Part shown: positions 8,874-17,389 of the stretch, one piece after another | How positions within the stretch are numbered: the stretch's first letter is position 1 | How the letters are laid out: each line of letters opens with the position of its first letter | DNA from: an uncultured Burkholderiaceae bacterium | GTDB taxonomy: Bacteria > Pseudomonadota > Gammaproteobacteria > Burkholderiales > Burkholderiaceae_E | Direction: 5' to 3' | Assembly (NCBI GenBank): GCA_964448945.1 | Contig: CAYUYC010000002.1 | Location: forward strand, 1-36,442 | DNA length: 36,442 nucleotides | Made by a program: the position numbers and the translations under genes | Notes under the pieces: model-generated | The model's input: the letters and a program-made list of their open reading frames with translations, nothing else | Databases searched by the model: none | What the model was told of the DNA's origin: nothing

Positions 8874-9710
8874 TCACCCCCGACCGAACTCATCTCCGAG
8901 TTCGACCGAACGCGCCGCCGCGGCCAGCACGCCATCGACGATCGCTTCCTTCACGCCGCGCTCGCCCATGGTCGTGAGTGCCGCGTAGGTCGTGCCGCCC
9001 TTGGAAGTGACGCGCTCGCGCAGCACACTCGCGGGTTCGGTCGAATTGGCGGCGAGCTTGGCCGCACCGGCGAAGGTCGCGACCGCGAGCTGACGGCCTT
9101 GTTCGGGCGTGAAGCCCAGGCGCGCCGCGGCGTCCTGCATCGCTTCGATGAACAGGAACACATAGGCCGGGCCGCTGCCCGACAAGGCGGTCACGCCGTC
9201 GAGCTTGGCCTCGTCGTCGACCCAGACCACTTCGCCGACCGCGTGCAGCATCGCTTCGGCGAGTGCGCGGTCGTCGGCGGTCGCACCGGCCAGCGCGGCC
9301 ATGCCGGTGATGCCGGCGCCGACCAGGGCCGGCGTGTTGGGCATGACGCGCACCACGCGATCGGTGTCGAGCCAGCGGCCGAGGTCGCGCGCGCGGATGC
9401 CCGCCGCCACGCTCACGATGAGCGGCGCGCGTGCACCGCGCTGCAGATGCGGCGCGATCTCGGCGCAGACCGCGCGCATGACCTGCGGCTTGACCGCGAG
9501 CACGATCACCGAACATGCGCCGAGCGCATCGCTCGCGACTTCATCGACCACGATGGCGTACTTGGTCTGCACCGCGTCGCGGGTGGCGGCAAACGGTTCG
9601 ACGGCGCGGATGCGTTCGGCGCCGACGCCGCGCGCGATCAAGCCGCCGATGAGGGCCTGCGCCATGTTGCCGGCGCCGATGAAGCCGATGCGTTGTTGTT
9701 CGAGAGTCAT
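8874..9710 (-). CDS. proC: Pyrroline-5-carboxylate reductase ProC
   Basis: N-terminal Rossmann motif IGFIGAGNMAQAL, then VKPQ, RVMPNTPALVG, LSGSGPAYVF and SKGGTT motifs. 278 aa. Confidence 0.92.
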   Translation of the reverse strand: MTLEQQRIGFIGAGNMAQALIGGLIARGVGAERIRAVEPFAATRDAVQTKYAIVVDEVASDALGACSVIVLAVKPQVMRAVCAEIAPHLQRGARAPLIVSVAAGIRARDLGRWLDTDRVVRVMPNTPALVGAGITGMAALAGATADDRALAEAMLHAVGEVVWVDDEAKLDGVTALSGSGPAYVFLFIEAMQDAAARLGFTPEQGRQLAVATFAGAAKLAANSTEPASVLRERVTSKGGTTYAALTTMGERGVKEAIVDGVLAAAARSVELGDEFGRG

Positions 9711-9823
9711 GAGAATTTCGCCTGCAAGGTCAGCGCATGGTGCGCGGCCGGCACTCTAGCAGTCCGGCCGCATCGCGCGCATCGGCATGCGGGCCGGTGC
9801 GCGACTCGATGCGGCGTCGGTCT

Positions 9824-12800
9824 TCAAGATTGCGTCGGCCAGTGCGCGAGCAAGGTGGCGTTGCCGCCCGCGGCGGCGGTGTTGATGGTCAGGGTCTGCT
9901 CGGCGGCAAAGCGCAGCAGGTAATGCGGCCCGCCCGCCTTGGGGCCAGTGCCCGACAGGCCTTCGCCGCCGAAGGGCTGGACACCGACCACCGCGCCGAT
10001 CATGTTGCGGTTGACGTAGACATTGCCGACCCGCGCGCGCGCCGCGATGCGTTCGGCGCGGGTGTCGATGCGGGTCTGCACGCCGAGGGTGAGGCCGTAG
10101 CCGAGTGCATTGATTTCATCGACCAGCGCGTCGAGTTCGTGCGACTTCCAGCGCACCACATGCAGCACCGGGCCGAAGACTTCTTCGGTCACGTCCGAGA
10201 CGCGCGCAAGCTCGAACGCGATCGGCGCGATGTAATGCCCGGCGAGTTGCTCGGGCATGGGCGTGCGGGCGATGAGGCGCGCGTCGCGGTACAGGCGCGC
10301 GATATGGCGCTCGAGATTGGCGTGCGCTTCCTCGTCGATGACCGGACCCAGGTCGGTCTGCATGAGCGCGGGATCGCCCACGCGCAATTGCGCCATCGCG
10401 CCGCCGAGCATCGCGATCAGCGCGTCGGCGACATCGTCTTGCACGCACAGCACGCGCAGGGCCGAACAGCGTTGGCCGGCGGAACGGAACGCGCTCGCGA
10501 CCACCGCATCGACGACTTGTTCATGCAAGGCGGTCGAGTCGACGATCATCGCGTTGATGCCGCCGGTCTCGGCGATCAAGGGCACGATCGGCCGTTGCCC
10601 CGCGGTGTCGTCAAGCAGGCTGCGCGCGATCGCGCGCGCCACCGCGGTCGAGCCGGTGAAGGCCACGCCCGCGCAGCGCGCATCGGCCACCAAGGCGGCA
10701 CCGATGGTTTCGCCGGGGCCATGCAGCAGGTGCAGCGCGGCGCGCGGCACGCCCGCGTCGTGCAATAGCGCGACCATCGCCTGCGCCACGGCCGGGGTCT
10801 GTTCGGCCGGCTTGGCAACCACCGCATTGCCCGCCACCAGCGCGGCCACGACCTGGCCGGTGAAGATCGCGAGCGGGAAGTTCCATGGGCTGATGCAGAC
10901 GAACACGCCGCGCCCATGCAGACGCAAGGTGTTCGATTCGCCGGTGGGTCCGGGCAAGGTCTGATCGGCGAACACGCGTTGCGCCTCGTTCGCGTAATAG
11001 CGGCAGAAGTCGATCGCTTCGCGCACTTCGGACACCGCATCGGGCAGGGTCTTGTGCGCTTCCTTGACGAGCAATGCGCAGAACTCGGCGCTGCGCGCTT
11101 CGAGCGCGTCGGCCGCGCGCAGCAGACAGGCTGCGCGGGCGGCTACATCAAGCGCCTTCCAATCCGCGTGCGCGGTGTGCGCGATGCGCATGGCGCTGTC
11201 CACGTCGGCCAGCGCGGCCGGGGCGACGGCTGGCACGCGCGCCTGGCGCACCGCCGCGTCGTAAGGCGCACGCGCGGCGCGGCAGGCCAGGTCGATGCCG
11301 CGCGCGTTGGCGCGGCCGGCACCGTACAACTGCGCGGGCGACGGCAAGGTCGGCGCATCGCTCACCTGGGCCGGCGAGGCCAGCAGTTCGATGACCGGCA
11401 CCGACGCATCGGCGAGCTGATGCACGAAGGACGAGTTGGCGCCGTTTTCGAGCAGGCGCCGCACGAGGTAGGCGAGCAGGTCGCGATGCGCGCCGACGGG
11501 GGCGTACACGCGGCATGCGATCTCGGGATTGCCGAGCACTTCGCGATAGACACCCTCGCCCATGCCATGCAGACGCTGCAGCTCGAAGGGCACTTGCGCG
11601 GCGGCCGCGAGTTCGAGCACCGCGGCCACGGTGCCGGCGTTGTGCGAAGCGAATTGCGGATAGACCTGCGGCGCGGCGGCGAGCAATTTGCGCGCGCAGG
11701 CCAGGTAGGACAGATCGGTGTGGTGCTTGTGCGTGAAGACCGGATAGCCGGCCAGGCCCAGCTCTTGCGCACGCTTGATCTCGGCATCCCAATACGCGCC
11801 CTTGACCAGCCGGACCATGATGCGCACGCCATGACGGCGCGCGAGCGCTGCGACATGGTCGACCACATCGGCCGCGCGGGTCTGATACGCCTGCACCGCA
11901 AGGCCGAATCCGCCCCAGTTCGGATGGTGCGCGGCCACATGGACGAGCAAGGCCTCGAAGACGTCGAGCGAGAGTTCGAGCCGTTCGCTTTCTTCGGCAT
12001 CGATGGTGAGGTTGATGCCCGCGGCGGCGCCGAGATCGACCAGGTGCGCCACGCGCGGCAGCAAGACCGCAAACACCGCATCGCGTTGCGCTTCTTCGTA
12101 GCGCGAGAACAGCGCGGACAGCTTGATCGACACGCCATCGGCGGCCTCGGGCGATGCGGCATGCGCACTGCCGACGCGTTCGATGGCGGCGCAATACGCG
12201 TCGAGATAGCGCTGGGCGTCTTCTTCGGTGCGCGCGCCTTCGCCGAGCATGTCGTACGAGAAGCGCAGATTGGGCTGCGCCTTGCGCGCCACGGCGGCTT
12301 CGCGCTGGGCGTCGTCGATGGTCTGACCGAGCACGAACTGGCGACCGAGCAACTGGATTGCGCGCACCGTGGCCGAGACCACGGTCTGCGCACCGAGCCG
12401 CTTGAACAGGCCCGGCTCGCCGCCGTCGGCCGGCAGCAGCTTCTTGGACAGCGCAATGGCGTTGGCCGACAAGGCCGCGATCCAGGCGTGTTCGCCGCCC
12501 TTGAGGTCGAAGGTGGCGCGGCCGAGTTGATCGGCGGTGAGCGCGACGGCGGTTTCGGCGTCGGGCACGCGCAAGAGCGCTTCGGCCAGACGCATGAGGG
12601 CGAGGCCCTCGGGCTCGGAGATCGGGTACTCCTTGAGCAGCGATTCCATCGCCCAGAACGGCGCGGGATGGCGGCGCACTTCGGTGATCCAGGGCGCGGC
12701 ACGCGCGACGACGCGCTGCCAATCGGGCGCTCCGCCCAGACTGTCCAGCAGGGCGCGTGCCACTTGGGCTTCGTCGCGCACCGGCGGCGGCAGGCGCAAG

Positions 12801-12835
12801 GCTATCGGTTCGGTCGGGGTGCTCGATCGGTCCAT
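9824..12835 (-). CDS. putA: Bifunctional proline dehydrogenase / L-glutamate gamma-semialdehyde dehydrogenase PutA (short form, no N-terminal DNA-binding domain evident)
   Basis: About 1000 aa. The N-terminal half is PRODH-like (SYDMLGE, SIKLSALF, TIDAEE, VRLVKGAYWD). The C-terminal half is aldehyde dehydrogenase (FTGSTAVA, ETGGINAMIVD, QRCSALR). I placed the start at the ATG at 12835; the ORF-track start at 12871 is a TTG and remains possible. Confidence 0.9.
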   Translation of the reverse strand: MDRSSTPTEPIALRLPPPVRDEAQVARALLDSLGGAPDWQRVVARAAPWITEVRRHPAPFWAMESLLKEYPISEPEGLALMRLAEALLRVPDAETAVALTADQLGRATFDLKGGEHAWIAALSANAIALSKKLLPADGGEPGLFKRLGAQTVVSATVRAIQLLGRQFVLGQTIDDAQREAAVARKAQPNLRFSYDMLGEGARTEEDAQRYLDAYCAAIERVGSAHAASPEAADGVSIKLSALFSRYEEAQRDAVFAVLLPRVAHLVDLGAAAGINLTIDAEESERLELSLDVFEALLVHVAAHHPNWGGFGLAVQAYQTRAADVVDHVAALARRHGVRIMVRLVKGAYWDAEIKRAQELGLAGYPVFTHKHHTDLSYLACARKLLAAAPQVYPQFASHNAGTVAAVLELAAAAQVPFELQRLHGMGEGVYREVLGNPEIACRVYAPVGAHRDLLAYLVRRLLENGANSSFVHQLADASVPVIELLASPAQVSDAPTLPSPAQLYGAGRANARGIDLACRAARAPYDAAVRQARVPAVAPAALADVDSAMRIAHTAHADWKALDVAARAACLLRAADALEARSAEFCALLVKEAHKTLPDAVSEVREAIDFCRYYANEAQRVFADQTLPGPTGESNTLRLHGRGVFVCISPWNFPLAIFTGQVVAALVAGNAVVAKPAEQTPAVAQAMVALLHDAGVPRAALHLLHGPGETIGAALVADARCAGVAFTGSTAVARAIARSLLDDTAGQRPIVPLIAETGGINAMIVDSTALHEQVVDAVVASAFRSAGQRCSALRVLCVQDDVADALIAMLGGAMAQLRVGDPALMQTDLGPVIDEEAHANLERHIARLYRDARLIARTPMPEQLAGHYIAPIAFELARVSDVTEEVFGPVLHVVRWKSHELDALVDEINALGYGLTLGVQTRIDTRAERIAARARVGNVYVNRNMIGAVVGVQPFGGEGLSGTGPKAGGPHYLLRFAAEQTLTINTAAAGGNATLLAHWPTQS

Positions 12836-12945
12836 GAATGAAATTCCGGGCGAAATTGACGATCCCGCCAATGTAGTGGGCTCTCGATAGCGAGTTTCAC
12901 TAAACTCCGGCGAATTCTTCTACGTACCTCACCGAGAATGGATCG

Positions 12946-13413
12946 ATGGAAAAGGAACTCGACAAGATCGACCGGCGCATCCTGCGTCTGCTGCAAACCG
13001 ACGGCCGGATGTCGACGCTGAAACTGGCCGAGGCAGTGCATTTGTCGCCGACTGCGGTCAATGAACGCGTCAAGCGTCTGACGCGCGACCGTTACATCCT
13101 CGGTTATCACGCGCAGCTCAACCCCGAACTGCTGGGCGGCGGCATGGTGGTGTTCGTGGAGGTGGTGCTCGATCGGACCACGCCCGATGTGTTCGCGGCG
13201 TTCAAGGCCGCGGTCAAGGATCGGCCCGAGATCATGGAGTGCCATATGGTCGCGGGCGGGTTCGATTACCTGATCAAGACCCGCGTGGCGCATATGCAGG
13301 CCTACCGCGATTTTCTGGGGGGCGTGCTGCTGGCCCTGCCCGGCGTGCGCGAAACCCACACCTACGCGGTCATGGAAGAGGTGAAGAACACCGCGGCGAT
13401 CCATATCGCCTGA
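12946..13413 (+). CDS. Lrp/AsnC-family transcriptional regulator, PutR-like by context
   Basis: 155 aa with HTH LDKIDRRILRLLQTDGRMSTLKLAEAVHLSPTAVNERVKRL and a C-terminal RAM-type domain. It is divergent from putA across a 110-bp AT-richer gap. Confidence 0.75.
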   Translation: MEKELDKIDRRILRLLQTDGRMSTLKLAEAVHLSPTAVNERVKRLTRDRYILGYHAQLNPELLGGGMVVFVEVVLDRTTPDVFAAFKAAVKDRPEIMECHMVAGGFDYLIKTRVAHMQAYRDFLGGVLLALPGVRETHTYAVMEEVKNTAAIHIA

Positions 13414-13426
13414 CCGGCGACGCGGC

Positions 13427-14158
13427 TCAGACCACGGACTTGGCGCGGGCGCCGAAAATCGCCGAGCCGACGCGCACGATGGTGGCGCCCTCGAGGATGG
13501 CGGATTCCAGGTCGGTACTCATCCCCATCGACAAGGTGTCGATGTCGAGGCCACGCATGCGGCAGGCGTCGAACAGCCGGCGCATGTCGGCGAACGGCAC
13601 GCGCTGGCGCGCGGGATCGGTTTCGGGCTCGGGAATCGCCATCAGGCCGCGCAGGCGCAGCCGCGGCAATCGCGCAATCGCTGCGCACAGCGCGGGGGCA
13701 TCGTCGGGCAACACACCGCTCTTGCTCGCTTCGCCGCTGATGTTGACCTGGACGCAGACCTGCAAGGGCGGGAAATGCTCGGGCCGTTGCGCCGACAAGC
13801 GCTCGGCGATCTTGAGGCGATCGACCGAATGCACCCAATCGAAGTGCTCGGCGATCAAACGTGATTTGTTGCTTTGAATCGGACCGATGAAGTGCCATTG
13901 CGGCGTCACGCACGCGCCGGCGTGATGTTCTTCACGCGCGAGGTGGTCGCGCAACGCCAGAATCTTCTCGACGCCTTCCTGCACGTAGTTCTCACCGAAG
14001 CATGTGGCGCCGGCCTGCAAGGCCGCGATCACTGCGTCGATGGGGAATGCCTTCGATACCGCGAGTACGGTGATATCGCCGGGATTACGTCTTGCCTCGT
14101 GCGCCGCGTGCGCGACGCGCGACAAGGTTGCTTGCCAGTTCTCGGCCACTGCCGACAT
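13427..14158 (-). CDS. yggS: YggS-family pyridoxal-phosphate homeostasis protein
   Basis: VSKAFP (PLP lysine), FGENYVQE, HFIGPIQSNK, VNISGEASKSG, LSMGMSTDLESAILEGATIVRVGSAIFG. Confidence 0.9.
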   Translation of the reverse strand: MSAVAENWQATLSRVAHAAHEARRNPGDITVLAVSKAFPIDAVIAALQAGATCFGENYVQEGVEKILALRDHLAREEHHAGACVTPQWHFIGPIQSNKSRLIAEHFDWVHSVDRLKIAERLSAQRPEHFPPLQVCVQVNISGEASKSGVLPDDAPALCAAIARLPRLRLRGLMAIPEPETDPARQRVPFADMRRLFDACRMRGLDIDTLSMGMSTDLESAILEGATIVRVGSAIFGARAKSVV

Positions 14159-14198
14159 AATCGATCGAGATCAATAGAAGAAGCGCGCGGATTATAGG

Positions 14199-15242
14199 AT
14201 GGACATCTCCGAACTGTTGGCATTTGCGGTCAAGAACAAGGCCTCCGACCTTCATTTGTCGTCGGGCCTGCCGCCGATGATCCGTGTGAACGGCGACGTA
14301 CGCAGAATCAATCTGCCGCCGATGGAACACAAAGATGTGCACGGCATGATCTACGACATCATGAACGACGCACAGCGCAAGCACTACGAAGAGAACCTCG
14401 AGTGCGACTTCTCCTTCGCGATTCCGGGGCTCGCGCGCTTTCGCGTGAATGCCTTCGTGCAGAACCGCGGCGCCGCGGCGGTGCTGCGCACGATTCCGAC
14501 CAAGATCCTTTCGCTCGAAGAACTCGCGACGCCGAAGATCTTCGCTGAAATCTCGCTGCAGCCGCGCGGCATCGTGCTGGTGACCGGGCCGACCGGCTCG
14601 GGCAAGTCGACCACGCTCGCGGCCATGCTCAACCATGTCAACGAGAACGAATACGCGCACGTGCTGACGATCGAAGACCCGATCGAATTCGTGCACGAGT
14701 CGAAGAAGTGTCTGATCAACCAGCGCGAAGTCGGCCCGCATACGCTGAGCTTCTCGAACGCGTTGCGCTCGGCGCTGCGCGAGGATCCGGACGTGATCCT
14801 GGTGGGCGAAATGCGCGACCTCGAAACCATCCGCCTGGCGATGACCGCGGCCGAAACCGGCCACTTGGTGTTCGCCACCTTGCATACGAGCTCCGCAGCC
14901 AAGACCATCGACCGGATCATCGACGTCTTCCCGGCCGCCGAAAAAGACATGGTGCGCGCGATGCTGTCCGAATCGCTGCGCGCGGTCATTTCCCAGACGC
15001 TGCTCAAGACCAAGGACGGCAACGGCCGGGTCGCGGCGCACGAGATCATGATCGGTACGCCTGCCATCCGTAACCTGATCCGCGAAAACAAGGTCGCGCA
15101 GATGTATTCGTCGATCCAGACCGGTCAGGCGCAAGGCATGCAGACGCTCGACCAATGCCTGCTCGATCTGGTTCGCCGCAATGTGGTGTCCCCGGCCGAA
15201 GCGCGCATGCGCGCACAGAACAAGGAAAACTTCCCGGGCTGA
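14199..15242 (+). CDS. pilT: Type IV pilus retraction ATPase PilT
   Basis: 347 aa: MDISELLAF..ASDLHL, Walker A GPTGSGKSTT, TIEDPIEF, Walker B ILVGEMRDLET, His box ATLHT, and the C-terminal AIRNLIRE motif typical of PilT. Confidence 0.92.
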   Translation: MDISELLAFAVKNKASDLHLSSGLPPMIRVNGDVRRINLPPMEHKDVHGMIYDIMNDAQRKHYEENLECDFSFAIPGLARFRVNAFVQNRGAAAVLRTIPTKILSLEELATPKIFAEISLQPRGIVLVTGPTGSGKSTTLAAMLNHVNENEYAHVLTIEDPIEFVHESKKCLINQREVGPHTLSFSNALRSALREDPDVILVGEMRDLETIRLAMTAAETGHLVFATLHTSSAAKTIDRIIDVFPAAEKDMVRAMLSESLRAVISQTLLKTKDGNGRVAAHEIMIGTPAIRNLIRENKVAQMYSSIQTGQAQGMQTLDQCLLDLVRRNVVSPAEARMRAQNKENFPG

Positions 15243-15303
15243 GCGCAGGCCGCGCCGGGAAGCGAAACATCCTTTGCAGCAAACCCTCTAGACGGAGTAG
15301 CGC

Positions 15304-16440
15304 ATGGAACGCGAACAAGCCACCAAATTCGTTCACGACCTCTTGCGTCTGCTCGTCAGCAAGAAGGGCTCGGACCTTTTCCTCACCGCCGATTTTCCGC
15401 CGGCGTTCAAGATCGACGGGCGCATGCAGCCGGTGTCGAATCAGCCGCTGACCGCGCAGCACACGATCGAACTGGCGCGCTCGTTGATGAACGACAAGCA
15501 AGCGGCGGAATTCGAAAAATCGATGGAATGCAATTTCGCCATCGCGCCGACGGGCATCGGCCGGTTCCGTGTCAATGCTTTCATCCAGCAAAGCAAGGTC
15601 GGACTGGTGCTGCGCACGATCAACACCCGCATCCCGACCTTTGAAGAACTCGGCCTGCCCTTGTCGCTCAAGGACGTGGCAATGACCAAGCGCGGTCTGG
15701 TCATCATGGTCGGCGCTACCGGCTCCGGCAAATCGACTTCGCTGGCGGCGATGGTGGGCTGGCGCAATGAGAACAGCTACGGCCACATCATCACGGTCGA
15801 TGATCCGATCGAATATGTGCATCCGCACCGCAATTGCATCGTCACCCAGCGCGAGATCGGTGTGGACACCGAATCATGGGAGGCCGCGCTCAAGAACGCG
15901 CTGCGCCAGGCGCCCGACGTGATCCAGATCGGCGAAATCCGCGACCGCGGCACGATGGAACTCGCCGTGGCGTTCGCCGAAACCGGCCACCTTTGCCTGG
16001 CGACCTTGCACGCCAACAGCGCCAACCAAGCGCTCGACCGCATCATCAACTTCTTCCCCGATGATCGGCGCCAGCAATTGCTGATCGACTTGTCGTTGAA
16101 CCTCAAGGCGATGATTTCGCAGCGCCTCGTGCCGTTGAAGAACAGCAAAGGCCGGGTCGCTGCGGTCGAGATCCTGCTGAACACGCCTTACATCTCGGAT
16201 CTGATCTTCAAGGGCGAGGTCGCCGAGATCAAGGAACAGATGAAGAAGGGCCGCGAACTGGGCATGCAGACCTTCGACCAGGCGCTGTTCGACCTCTACG
16301 AAGAAGGCAAGATCAGCTACGAAGACGCGCTGCGCAACGCCGATTCGGTCAACGACCTGCGCTTGTCGATCAAGCTGCACTCCAAGAGTGCCGCGAATCG
16401 CGATATCGCGAGCGGCACGGAGTTCCTCAACATCGTTTGA
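15304..16440 (+). CDS. pilU: PilT-family type IV pilus ATPase PilU
   Basis: 378-aa paralogue directly after pilT. It has GATGSGKSTS, TVDDPIEY, IQIGEIRD, ATLHANS and the longer C-terminus typical of PilU. GGAG lies upstream of the ATG. Confidence 0.85.
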   Translation: MEREQATKFVHDLLRLLVSKKGSDLFLTADFPPAFKIDGRMQPVSNQPLTAQHTIELARSLMNDKQAAEFEKSMECNFAIAPTGIGRFRVNAFIQQSKVGLVLRTINTRIPTFEELGLPLSLKDVAMTKRGLVIMVGATGSGKSTSLAAMVGWRNENSYGHIITVDDPIEYVHPHRNCIVTQREIGVDTESWEAALKNALRQAPDVIQIGEIRDRGTMELAVAFAETGHLCLATLHANSANQALDRIINFFPDDRRQQLLIDLSLNLKAMISQRLVPLKNSKGRVAAVEILLNTPYISDLIFKGEVAEIKEQMKKGRELGMQTFDQALFDLYEEGKISYEDALRNADSVNDLRLSIKLHSKSAANRDIASGTEFLNIV

Positions 16441-16443
16441 ATT

Positions 16444-16468
16444 CGGGCGGCGCAGTGCTCGCCGCCCG
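16444..16468. terminator. GC-rich perfect hairpin between the convergent pilU and LuxR-type genes (no U-tract)
   Basis: CGGGCGGCG (16444-16452), a 7-nt loop, then CGCCGCCCG (16460-16468). It lies in the 33-bp gap between the two stop codons. Confidence 0.4.
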
Positions 16469-16473
16469 GCACT

Positions 16474-17244
16474 TCATTTGACGAAGCGCGAATCCCAGCG
16501 CGTCACCGGATCGATGTGGGTATCGATCAGGTTATGGCGCTCGGCCACGAAGGCCGCCTGCGTGCGGCGCGACACCCCCAGCTTGCGCAGGATGGATCGC
16601 ACCTGATTCTTGATGGTGTGATGGCTGCGGCCGCTGCGTTCGGCGATCTCGCGATCGGGACGTCCGCGCACGACTTCCTTGAGCAACTCGCGCTCACGCT
16701 TGGTCAGGTTGACCGACAACAGATCGCGGCGCGCGCGGCGTTCGCGGGCGATCAGCCCACGCGTGACCCAATGCAGATGCGGCAAGGCCATCGACGACAC
16801 GCGGCGTAGTTCGCGTCCGAGTCCGGCGGGGTCGTGCACGATGAACAGATAGCCGCGGTCGGCGCATGCATCGCCGCTCCAGGCGACACCGATGCGCGGC
16901 ACGCCATGGGTCAAGGTACCTTCGGTGCCGCTGGTCGCGGTCGGCAGCATGACCAACGAATATCCGCCGCCGGCGGCAGCGAATCGCACGATGCGATCCA
17001 GGCGGGACGGGTCCGCCACCAGGCTGGTGACATAGCCAGCATTGGGGGTGTGCATCCAATCGGCTTGCCAGACCTTGTCCACGCGCTTGAGCACGCCCCA
17101 CAGAATTTCGACCGGACCGCGCACTGCCGGCCCGGGCAACGCAAACCAGTCGCGCAATCCGTCGCGCGTCGTGCAGGCGTGCAGGCGATCGATCCACCGC
17201 GTGAACTCGGCAGCGGCGATGCCCTCGTCCATGGGGAGTTTCAT
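16474..17244 (-). CDS. LuxR-family transcriptional regulator (solo) with an unassigned N-terminal domain
   Basis: C-terminal GerE/LuxR HTH LTKRERELLKEVVRGRPDREIAERSGRSHHTIKNQVRSILRKLGV. The start is set at the ATG at 17244, preceded by GGAGAAGAACA. The first ~190 aa match no domain I can name with confidence. Confidence 0.75.
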   Translation of the reverse strand: MKLPMDEGIAAAEFTRWIDRLHACTTRDGLRDWFALPGPAVRGPVEILWGVLKRVDKVWQADWMHTPNAGYVTSLVADPSRLDRIVRFAAAGGGYSLVMLPTATSGTEGTLTHGVPRIGVAWSGDACADRGYLFIVHDPAGLGRELRRVSSMALPHLHWVTRGLIARERRARRDLLSVNLTKRERELLKEVVRGRPDREIAERSGRSHHTIKNQVRSILRKLGVSRRTQAAFVAERHNLIDTHIDPVTRWDSRFVK

Positions 17245-17307
17245 TGTTCTTCTCCAGCGTAACCATCGAGGGCTGGACGGTGACATACTGCAACCCGCCC
17301 CCGTTTG

Positions 17308-17317
17308 GATTTAAATC
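17308..17317. promoter_or_regulatory. Perfect 10-bp palindrome in the LuxR/gpx divergent region
   Basis: GATTTAAATC sits in the AT-richest part of the 145-bp intergenic region. Confidence 0.2.
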
Positions 17318-17389
17318 AATGTTTGCGCTTGCGTATTCGGATAAGGCGACGACCGGTCGAAGCCAAGGCGCGTACGGCACACAACCTTT

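Noticed and set aside
10916-12841. 641-aa + strand ORF, plus several 100-520-aa ORFs in other frames over the putA region.
   Set aside because: All overlap putA, whose PRODH and ALDH motifs are unambiguous. These are Arg/Ala/Gly-rich shadow frames.
14159-14201. Possible leaderless pilT, given the 40-bp yggS/pilT divergent gap with ATTATA right before the ATG.
   Set aside because: The -10-like hexamer ends only 2 nt from the ATG, which is too close for a start at the ATG. The promoter is more likely inside yggS. I see no support for a specific claim.
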